From Eledone cirrhosa (lineage: Eukaryota): 35,022 bases of DNA. The stretch covers positions 1-35,022 of the forward strand of contig CAXHJY010000885.1 of assembly GCA_964016885.1 (NCBI GenBank), read 5' to 3'. This document shows positions 24,154 through 35,022 of this stretch, in pieces; positions within the stretch are counted from its first letter, which is position 1; every line of letters begins with the position of its first letter. The position numbers and the translations under genes were made by a program. The notes under the pieces were generated by a model. It saw only the letters and a program-made list of their open reading frames with translations, had not been told where the DNA came from and did not search any database.

Positions 24154-24550
24154 GAAACGAAAAATCAGGGATGCATCTGAACTCAATTTATTGTTTATTG
24201 TATGTTACAATTGTTTCGCCGGCAGACAGCTCGAGACACGATCATTGTGTGGATCTGTCTAAAGAGTTCGGAGCAAACAGGACGCGAGAAGAGGATGAGT
24301 TATTGACGCTAATACGCCAGTGAAAGAATTTGCTCCGAAACCTTTAGAAGTGTCCGTCGAACCTGCGGATCCAGAATCATACAGATCCACACAATGATCG
24401 TGTCTCGAGCTGTCCGCCGGAGAAACAATTGGAACACACAATAAATTGAGTTCAGATGCAACACTGATTTTTCGTTTTATATTTATGCTCTGTAGGAGCA
24501 TAGATTGCCCAACCGGCATACCGCCTATGGAAGCATCTTAGCTACCATCA
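24154..24550. mobile_element. Nested inverted repeat plus tail after (TA)n, with HHR 3' half
   Basis: Arms about 24155-24258 and 24381-24478; inner IR ctaaagagttcggagcaaa/tttgctccgaaacctttag; GAAACAATTGTA on minus at 24206-24217. Confidence 0.75.
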
Positions 24551-24560
24551 AACACACACA

Positions 24561-24601
<41 letters not shown>

Positions 24602-24631
24602 CTACATACATACACACATATATATATATAT

Positions 24632-24720
24632 AGCGAGGGAAAAGTGGTAAGGAACCAGGTGGACCATAACACACCAAAGTACTCAATACTTAGGGTAGTA
24701 GAGTTGGGGTCTTACTTACT

Positions 24721-24723
<3 letters not shown>
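24632..24723. mobile_element. Family A element, hairpin mostly deleted
   Basis: ggaaccaggtggaccataacacaccaaagtactcaatacttagggtagtag joined to ggggtcttacttactccta; (TA)n flanks. Confidence 0.8.
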
Positions 24724-24808
<85 letters not shown>

Positions 24809-25007
24809 AGTTTTAATATAGATGAGATTCTACAGGACTAGAACTGTTTCATTCATTAGAAATCATCAGGAATGAGATTCCTGATGATTTCTAATGAATG
24901 AAACAGTTCTAGTCCTGTAGAATCTCATCTATATTAAAACTTTTATACTCTGCTATGTATTGAGTACCTTACTTACTGTGGTTACCTCCGATTCAACCCG
25001 GAATAAC

Positions 25008-25008
<1 letters not shown>
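24809..25008. mobile_element. Family B perfect 65-bp-arm palindrome plus tail in (TA)n
   Basis: Arms 24809-24873 and 24877-24941, loop gag; tail 24942-25008. Confidence 0.88.
24872..24928 (+). ncRNA. Type I hammerhead ribozyme (family B)
   Basis: atgagattc CTGATGA(24881-24887) t ttc taat gaa t GAA acag ttctagtc ctgt A(24919) gaatctcat: 9-bp stem I, 4-bp stem III, GUA site. Confidence 0.88.
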
Positions 25009-25064
<56 letters not shown>

Positions 25065-25467
25065 CAGAAGGGATATTCAATTTGTTGCTAATTCAACTAA
25101 TATAAATGTTTATAACTGATTCAGAGCACTCGACAGTTTTATGGAGTATAATATGCAATGATATTAAATAAATGGAAACTATATTTATAAAACCATATTT
25201 ATTCTATTATATATATTTCGAGGGTACATACATTTTGGTACGATATCATCAGATAAAATACGAAGTGTGTTTTATAAATGTTGACATAACCAAGGAGAAT
25301 ATACCTTAACGGTTCAAGTTTTCCTTGGATAATGAAGGGATAAGAGAAGAAAAGTCAGATATTTCAAATTATTAAGATGAGTATGCAAATGAGGTTTAGG
25401 TAAAAGGGCTGAAAAAACCCGTTATTTTAGACGCTATGAAAAAGCGTCAGAATATGACAAACCAGCC

Positions 25468-25895
25468 ATTCTTTTGGATATGCCAATACATAGTCAAAGA
25501 GATCAAAGCCAATCGACCAGATATTATAGTCAAAGACCATAAAGAAACTTTACTTCTAGTAGATGTATCATTCCCCACATACGACGATATACCTTCCAAG
25601 GAAATAGAGATAGAAATAACTCGAATGTCGAAACTGAAACCAGAAACAAAACCTATAAAATGAGGTGCTCTGTAAATGATATAAAAGCGCATAGACAGTT
25701 ACATAACAAAACCCTAGGACTCATAAATATATACAGCATACAAAAAATAGCACTGCTAGGCCCTGCGTACATATTCCCAAAAGTACTATGAATACAATAA
25801 AACAACATCAGCAAAGTTTACACTGCTCATACCCAAGGCGCACAGAGCTCTGCTTGGTAAAGCAGTAATTATGCGCAACAAAAATAATAAGGGAA
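25468..25895 (+). mobile_element. Degraded R4/Dong LINE 3' end
   Basis: EIKANRPDIIVKD..LVDVSFP, IQKIALLG; ends in (TAA)n. Confidence 0.82.
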
Positions 25896-25909
25896 ATAAT
25901 AATAATAAT

Positions 25910-26026
25910 GTTTCTACTTTTGACACTAGGCCAAGAGTTACCCAGTGCATTGCTGATGCTTTATTTTATCGACCCCGTAACGATGAAGGATAAAGATGAT
26001 CTCAGCGGATTTGAACTCAGATCGTA
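25910..26026 (-). mobile_element. 5'-truncated SINE
   Basis: Reverse complement of B-box, core (ttttatcgaccccgtaa) and tail; within (TAA)n. Confidence 0.85.
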
Positions 26027-26601
26027 ATAATAATAATAATATTTTTTTCTTAATATAGTGATGTTATTTCAGAATTCAAAATCACAAGTTAAATTTATTC
26101 AGTTGTACCCTGCTTTCCTGATGAAGCAAGAAATCAATTTTCTAATCAGTAGATTACTTAAATTTATGGAGGTACAGTGATACATGAAGAAAGCCATATT
26201 TATATACATATAATTTCCTAGATCAACGAATGTTTCTCATTCTTGCAGTTTCTGTCACATATGCACATGATGTATCGTCTTCAGTGGGGATTGGTCTTTT
26301 ATTCAAAGATCGAAATTATCAACTAGAATACTGCACACTGACAATAGCAGACGTCATCTGTGTTTGCATTATCACGAACCCTAAAGCACGGGACACAGTA
26401 GTACTGTGTGTGATTGAAATCTTGGCAGGAATAAAGGAGAAAAAGTTTATCCCGATATCAATTCTTACAACTAGTTTTTTAAATAAATTCATAATCCAAG
26501 GGTGAAACGATGTATTATTGCTCCTGCAATTACAGATATGTTGTGCCATATACGTATACATATATATATATAAAAATATATATATATATACGTATATATA
26601 T

Positions 26602-26842
<241 letters not shown>

Positions 26843-26843
<1 letters not shown>

Positions 26844-28049
26844 CAGTCATCAGAGCAGTAATCAAATCTATCTCGTATAGGATCTCAATGCGATCAGCAA
26901 ATGAGGAGATATGTATGAACCATGCACAATATAAGGCTCTTTCTGAATCTGGTTATGAACAATCAATTTATTTCATACCTAAATGCCATAACAGAGCAAT
27001 TCACCATAATAAAATTAACACTAGAACTAGAAATACCTTAGCATATAGCCAGATTCGCCGGAATTTTAGCAGTGACATCACCTTTACAGGGAAGTTTAAT
27101 GGTGGCAGCGGCCTGCTCCCCACTCCAAGTAGCAAACTAAAAATCAACCCTAGAAAAGGAATGAGAAATGGGATGACAAATAACAAATCCCCAGGTAATA
27201 ATAACCCTAGGAAGGCCCCTACCAACTCCACTAGAACCCCTAGAAGGAATAGACCTAGAAATATCATCTGGCTTAACCTCCCATTCTCATCTAATATAGC
27301 CACTAATATCCCTAAACTCTTCTTCTCTATCATATCTAAACCCGCCCCCCCACCTTAGATATTACAAACTCTTTAATAAAAATAACATTAAAAGCTCATT
27401 CTCCACAACACCTAACCTAGCTAGCCACATCGCATTCAGTAACCATCATAAAATAAGACAGTATAACTCCCACACCGCGGTACCACCACCCCTATCAAAT
27501 ACACCACGCCACTACACCAATAATTACTCTAGTAGCACACCTCCGCCATCTAATCCTTCTAGCACTAACCTACCGCTTAGGTTAAACTACCCTACTCTCA
27601 CTAACCGCAGAAGCAACTGCAACTGCCGTTACCCTAATGCATGCCCATTAAATGGACACTGCCTGACACCCAACATAGTCTATAGGTGCACAATTAAAAC
27701 TGCTTCGAATACCAGCTCTTATATCGGGTCCACCTCTAACCCTTTTAAGGTACGCTATAACGCGCACTCTTTTTCCTTCCGAGACCCTAGAAATAGATGT
27801 TCGACATCGCTAGCTAGGCTCATTAGAAACCTTAAATTAAGCAACGTTCAACACACTCTAAGATGGGATATCGTGGCTAGGGCCCAACCGTTCAATGGAC
27901 GAAGAAAATCTTGTGATCTCTGTATTACAGAAGCATATTACATAACTCTATCACGACCTCTACCGATTAACGATAGAACGGAGGTAACTATTAGCTGTCA
28001 CCATCGAAGGGCTAATTCCTTCGCCAATAGAATATTTGACCTAATTTAG
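26843..28049 (+). pseudogene. Penelope-like element ORF 3' part: RT thumb + GIY-YIG endonuclease
   Basis: Frame 26843-27355: IKSISYRIS..SANEEI..YKALSESGY, RNIIWLNLPFSSNIATNI. After a frameshift, an open ATG-less frame 27357-28049: KLFNKNNIK, CNCRYPNACPLNGHC, NIVY..YIGST..FKVRYNAH, CDLCITE, CHH. Confidence 0.92.
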
Positions 28050-28553
28050 TCATCTAGCCCCATTTTTACTTGTAGCTAATAAGTTAAATAGCTATGACTA
28101 ACTTAGATAATTATAAGTTACCTCCCCTACATTGTCTCTCAATTAAAAAAATTAAAAATTAGCACTTTACTATAAACTACCCACAATTTCTAACCTCTCG
28201 AGGAGTTACTTCCCCTAAAACCACCCTCTAATTAGTAAGGTAAATATGTCCTTTGGCAGCCATCTTGATACCCATAGGCAGATCTCACACAATGCAGTCT
28301 CGACAGATGAATACTGCTTGATTATGGCTGACAACTGATGCACCTAAGACACCATAGTGAAAAACCAATATATGGAACATTATATTATGTAACATTCTCT
28401 CATTATTTTAATTTATATTCCTTTGAAGTTCCGATAAGCCGCTCTGTTCTTCAAATATGTTAATTATTTTCAACTGAACCAGATCAATTATGATATATAG
28501 AGTCATCTGATCCAGAAATATTATATGGAGTAGCGAAACAATTGTAAACGGAC
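28050..28553 (+). mobile_element. Penelope 3'UTR/pseudo-LTR with degenerate HHR having a long stem II insertion
   Basis: gtt CCGATAA (28431-28437) gccgctct ...about 80 nt... ggagtagc GAAAC aatt GTA (28535-28546) aac. Confidence 0.6.
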
Positions 28554-28562
28554 ATTATTATT

Positions 28563-28735
28563 ATTCGGTAGAGGGTCGGACGCCATGCTTTCCAGCATAG
28601 TTACGTCCCTTTACGATCTGAGTTCAAATCCGGCCGAGGTTGACTTTGCCTTTTATCCTTACGGGGTCGATAACATAAAGTACCAGTAATGCACTGGATA
28701 ATTGCTGGCCTTGTGCCTAAAGTAGAAACAATTAT
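28563..28735 (+). mobile_element. SINE, nearly full length
   Basis: cggtagagggtcggacgccatgc...gagttcaaatcc...core...agtagaaacaattattatta. Confidence 0.9.
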
Positions 28736-29017
28736 TATTAATATTATTATTACTATTCTCTACATTCCTTACATCAAACTAAAATATGTTGACAATCTTT
28801 TAATAATGTCTTCCTTGTGAAATTTGTGGTCTTGTTTTGCTGAACTAATGAATATTTCCAGCTCTGCGCATGATCCCAGCCACCTAGCTGCTTTCTACTG
28901 CATATTGCACATTGAGCACATGCCTTTACGCTTTGGCTTCTAACTAATTCACCAATCTCTCCTCTCCTATCTACTCTCCTATCTCCATCTCTCTCTTTAA
29001 GATTGGTTACACTTGAA

Positions 29018-29392
<375 letters not shown>

Positions 29393-29507
29393 GTATGTAT
29401 ATATATGTGTGTGTGTGTGGAATTGTGTGGCATCCGATTCTGCATTTGCGAAAATCCCGACGCCTAAGGAAACGTGATACACATTACGTGTATAAAACAT
29501 TATATGT

Positions 29508-29687
29508 GGATTGGCAGTATCTGTAGAGGGTGGGACGCCATGCTTTGAGGCATAGAGTTATGGTCCTTGCCATTCTGAGTTCAAATCCTGCCGAGGTTAA
29601 CTTTGCCTTTCAGCCTTACGGGGTTGATAAAATAAAGTACCATTAATGCACTGGTTAATTGCTGCACTTGTGCCAAAAGTAGAAACA

Positions 29688-29690
<3 letters not shown>
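29508..29690 (+). mobile_element. SINE, full length
   Basis: ggattggcagtatctgtag...gagttcaaatcc...core...agtagaaacaat. Confidence 0.9.
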
Positions 29691-29771
<81 letters not shown>

Positions 29772-30177
29772 TCTGATAGTATTGTATAAAGCTATGCTTG
29801 ATGCGAAATCTTATTTCTTTTCTATTATAAGTTGAGCCAACTTATGTAGCTTCATATTGAAATGAGATTAATCACCTCATTTACACAGATAATAAAACTA
29901 TATATTCTCGGCTGATTCAAGTCCAGTAGTCGCACGCTTTGGGTGGGATCGTCCTAACGGAGGCCAGTCAAGCCCTAAATGCATAGACGGTTGTCCCCCT
30001 TGCTTCTGCTGGACACCTTCAGAGGGCGTTAGTTCCCCGGTGTTTGCATAGCTACAGCTTCTGAAAACCCTATTTCTTTAGAAATAAGAATGTTCTAGAC
30101 ATATTGAATAAAGCTATGCTTGAAGCGAAATCTTATTTCTTTTCTATTATAAGTTGAGCCAACTTATGCAGCTTCAT

Positions 30178-30226
30178 ATGCAAATGAGATTAATCTCCTC
30201 ATTTACACAGACGAGAAAACTATATA
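30178..30226 (+). promoter_or_regulatory. Putative internal octamer + TATA promoter of R2 unit
   Basis: ATGCAAAT 30178-30185, TATATA 30221-30226, upstream of the HHR at 30270. Function is inferred. Confidence 0.5.
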
Positions 30227-30269
30227 TTCTCAGCTGTTTTCAAGTCCAGCAGTCGCAAGCGGTGGGAGG

Positions 30270-30315
30270 GATCGTCCTGACGAAGGCCAGTCAAGTCTGA
30301 AATGCATAGACGGTT
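30270..30315 (+). ncRNA. Minimal type I hammerhead ribozyme (R2)
   Basis: gatcgtc CTGACGA(30277-30283) aggc cagtcaa gtct GAA ATGCAT A(30308) gacggtt; palindromic stem III, AUA site. Confidence 0.87.
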
Positions 30316-30423
30316 GTCCCCCTTGCTTCTGCTGGACATCACCGGAGGGCGTTAGTCCCCGATGTGTGCATAGCTACGGTTTCCTAAAATGGCATTTCTT
30401 TAGAAATACGAAATATATATATA

Positions 30424-30636
30424 TAGGAGAAGAGTCAGGGCCCCGACGACTGAACTCCTGCCGTTTCGACAGCTAGATCTGAATCACGGAACTGTAGTTC
30501 AGATCTAGCTGTCGAAAGGCTGGAGCTCAGTCGTCAATATCCTGACACTTTTCCTATTACCCACTCTACCACCCTAAGTATCGAGTACTCTGGTGCGTTA
30601 CGATCCACCTGGTTCCTTACCACGCTTCCTTCATTA
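30424..30636. mobile_element. Family A hairpin + tail element
   Basis: Imperfect hairpin centred on tcgacagctagatctgaa/ttcagatctagctgtcga, plus the family tail; TA flanks. Confidence 0.82.
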
Positions 30637-30644
30637 TATATATA

Positions 30645-31190
30645 GAGTGGGAATACGGAATATGATGTGGTTGAGAGGAAGAGCAAAGCCTGGGCGGCGT
30701 GCCACAGCTTGAGATCAGTGTGGAAGCCGGACCTTCGTAAAGACCTGAAATCCGCCTCTTCATTGCTGGAGTAGAGTATGTGCTGCTGTACGGGTCTGAG
30801 ACTTGGACACTGACCAAGAAACTCACTCAGAGGGTGGATGGGTGCTACACGAGAATGCTGAGGATGGCATGAACATTAATCAGTATACACTGAGGATGAA
30901 AAACTCAGAGCTGTATGGGAGCCTCCCAAAAGTCAGCTCAAAAGAGACACAGAGGAAGCTGAGGTTAGCTGGACATGCTCACCCACATCCAGAGTTGACA
31001 TTGCACTCAGAGCTCCTGTGGGAGCCCCTACATTGACACATTGGAAGAGGAAGACCAAGGTAAACATATGTTGATGCCCTAAGGAGAGACACTGGTCTGT
31101 TGGAGAGGCCGGACATGGCAGCGATGATGAGGGACAGAGACCGCTGGAGAGAACTGGTCCATCGATCTCCGGAATGTTACCCGCCCTAGA
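30645..31190 (+). mobile_element. RTE-clade LINE 3' fragment
   Basis: Manual translation: [65 protein letters not shown]. Confidence 0.85.
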
Positions 31191-31214
31191 ATGTATATAT
31201 ATATATATATATAT

Positions 31215-31306
<92 letters not shown>

Positions 31307-31308
31307 AC

Positions 31309-31361
<53 letters not shown>

Positions 31362-31619
31362 TGTATGTATGTATGTATGTATGTATGTATGTATGTATGT
31401 ATTTATATATATTTATATATCAGTCTGTTTAACAGGAACTCTCTTGCTGCTAAACATCATGTAAATCTATATTTCATTTCGCAAATCTACTGTTCGATTT
31501 AAAATCCTTTTTGCGTCGTCTCTAAAAGCTTAGAATGTTAAAATGAACATGAGATCTTTTGGTACGTTGATTTTATCCTCATTTATTCTACAGCTTTTTA
31601 CAGAAAAAGTTAGCCGTGT

Positions 31620-33260
<1,641 letters not shown>

Positions 33261-33574
33261 TGAAAATACAACAACACGAAAACATAAATGAATAGAATAA
33301 AACATTTATATAAATGTGTGTGGTTTGTATGTATACATATGTGGGATGTGTGCTTGTGCGTATAACGGGTGGGCGAATTGGAAAAATCTAATATAAAAAT
33401 AACTAAAGAAAAGGCGTGGACATTGATGATAAGAGACACTGTAAATATCTGGTACTCTTTGTGCCCATGTATCTGAATGTCTGTATGTGCAGGTATGTAT
33501 TCATTTTAATGCCAAAGAAATGCAGTTTCTTTCTCTCTGACTCACAAGCATATACATACGCATATATAATTATA

Positions 33575-33644
<70 letters not shown>

Positions 33645-33647
<3 letters not shown>

Positions 33648-33839
33648 CAAAGGAATTGTGATAAGGAACCAGATGGACCATAACGCACCAGAGTAACTCA
33701 ATACCTAGGGTAATATAGTGGGAAATAGGAAAAAGTATTACCCCGACAGCAGAGCTCAAGCCGTTTCGAAGGCTATTTCTGGACTGAAATAGTCGTCGAT
33801 ACGGTTTGAGCTCTGCCGTCGGGGTCATACTTTTTCCTA
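33645..33839. mobile_element. Family A tail + hairpin element
   Basis: Tail 33645-33724, arms 33725-33779 and 33786-33840; (TA)n flanks. Confidence 0.85.
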
Positions 33840-33925
33840 TATATATATATATATATATATATAAACATATGTAATATATATATATATATACATATACAAT
33901 ATATGCATATATAAATAAATATATA

Positions 33926-33959
<34 letters not shown>

Positions 33960-34130
33960 CATATATGTATGTATGCATGTATGTATGTATACCTATGGAG
34001 AGAGAAAGAGTAAGAAATCGAAAGAGCGTAAGAGGGGCATAGATTTAGTGGAAGATAATTTAAACCTAACTAGTTACGTAATAATACGTTGTAGACAACA
34101 TTAGTTATAACCTTTACTAGTTTGTTTTAA

Positions 34131-34310
34131 CATGCTTTATGGTATAAAGTTACGGCCCTTTACAATCTGAGTTCAAATTCTGCTGAGGTTAGCTTTACCA
34201 TTCATCCTTACGGGGTCGATAAAAAAAGGTACCAGTTATGAACTGAGGTCTATTTAATCGAATCTGACTTCCCCAAAATAGCTGGCTATGTGCCTAAATC
34301 AGAAACCTTT
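34131..34310 (+). mobile_element. SINE, diverged subfamily with longer post-core segment
   Basis: B-box gagttcaaattc, core cattcatccttacggggtcgataaaa, extra tctatttaatcgaatctgacttccccaaaa before the tail. Confidence 0.85.
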
Positions 34311-34734
34311 AATATTGTTGTTGTTTGTTGTTGTTGTTCTTATTATTATTATAGTCGTCATCATTAATATCATCATCATCAACATCATCATTATTATGGT
34401 AAATAATAAATAGGAAGTCTGTAATTTTTAATCAAAATACAATGCAATTCTGAAATAAATAAATGGCTGAATGAAAATGAAAACGAAAAAATAATGTTCT
34501 GTCATGTCTTATGGTCAAATTGATAGAAATAGAAAACCAAATTGATAAAGATTTAGAATAATATGAATCAACACACAAAGAGACACAAACAAACAAAGAA
34601 GCAATACATTCGAAAAACTTGTTAACGAAAGTAAAGTATTAAAAAATACATTTACCAGTTAATTTGAAAGCTTTTGACATTTTCATAAAAACTAAAATAT
34701 AATGTGATGGTGTTTATGTCTGATTATCGATGGC

Positions 34735-35022
34735 TATGTCTGTTTATGATTTGTTCCTGTGTATGTTTGTATAGATTTGTATGTGTGAGTATGTACCTGT
34801 GTATGTGCATGTGTATGTTTGTACAGATTTGTAGGTGTGAGTATGTGTATGTGTATGTATGTATGTGAGAGTATATATGTGTGTGTGTTTCCGAGTGAGT
34901 GATTGTGTGCATGTGGGTATGTTGTGTATGTATGTGTATATGTGTTTGAAGCAGTCTATGATGATGATGTATGTGTGGTTGAGTTTATCTGTGAATGTGT
35001 ATGTGTATAATTGATTGTGTGA
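34735..35022. repeat. Degenerate (TG)n/(TATG)n low-complexity sequence
   Basis: Directly visible. Confidence 0.9.

Larger units (their letters stand above)
29768..30413 (+). mobile_element. Retrozyme-like HHR repeat family R2: tandem dimer of ~323-bp unit in (TA)n
   Basis: ataaagctatgcttga at 29786 and 30108; gatcgtcc at 29947 and 30270; intact HHR in unit 2, mutated HHR (ctaacgg, taaa) in unit 1 at 29947-29992. Confidence 0.85.

Noticed and set aside
26118-26140. ctgatgaagcaagaaa as an HHR
   Set aside because: No stem II, no convincing stem III/NUH or stem I.
26230-26505. 91-aa hydrophobic ORF as a host exon
   Set aside because: No recognisable motif or supported splice structure; cannot be excluded without RNA data.

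Overview
AT-rich eukaryotic (animal) genomic DNA with no recognisable host gene. Most short ORFs in the track are translations of (TA)n/(CA)n/(GA)n microsatellites. The SINE family and microsatellite load resemble octopod cephalopod genomes (inference). The window is a mosaic of mobile elements, most sitting in microsatellites: a near full-length but disrupted Tx1/L1-clade LINE (11234-17154), five R4/Dong-type REL-endonuclease LINE pieces, two RTE-clade relics, an RTE-like non-autonomous inverted pair, a hAT (Charlie-type) deletion derivative with an 8-bp TSD, nine copies of a tRNA-type SINE, and the 3' part of a Penelope-like element (RT thumb + GIY-YIG, 26843-28049). The most interesting content is non-coding. 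Several unrelated families of short elements inserted in (TA)n carry minimal type I hammerhead ribozymes (HHR). Two are tandem 'retrozyme-like' repeats (units of about 424-470 bp at 1669-2903 and 3909-5765; about 323 bp at 29768-30413). Their sequences are unrelated by eye, yet both show ATATGCAAAT (octamer), then TATATA starting 42-43 bp after the octamer start, then an HHR with a palindromic stem III. Others are hairpin-plus-tail remnants typical of Penelope pseudo-LTR inversions. Together they suggest a self-promoting, self-cleaving, possibly circular-RNA element system mobilised by a (TA)n-targeting Penelope-like RT/endonuclease (inference). Boundaries of degraded elements are approximate and all alignments were done by eye.
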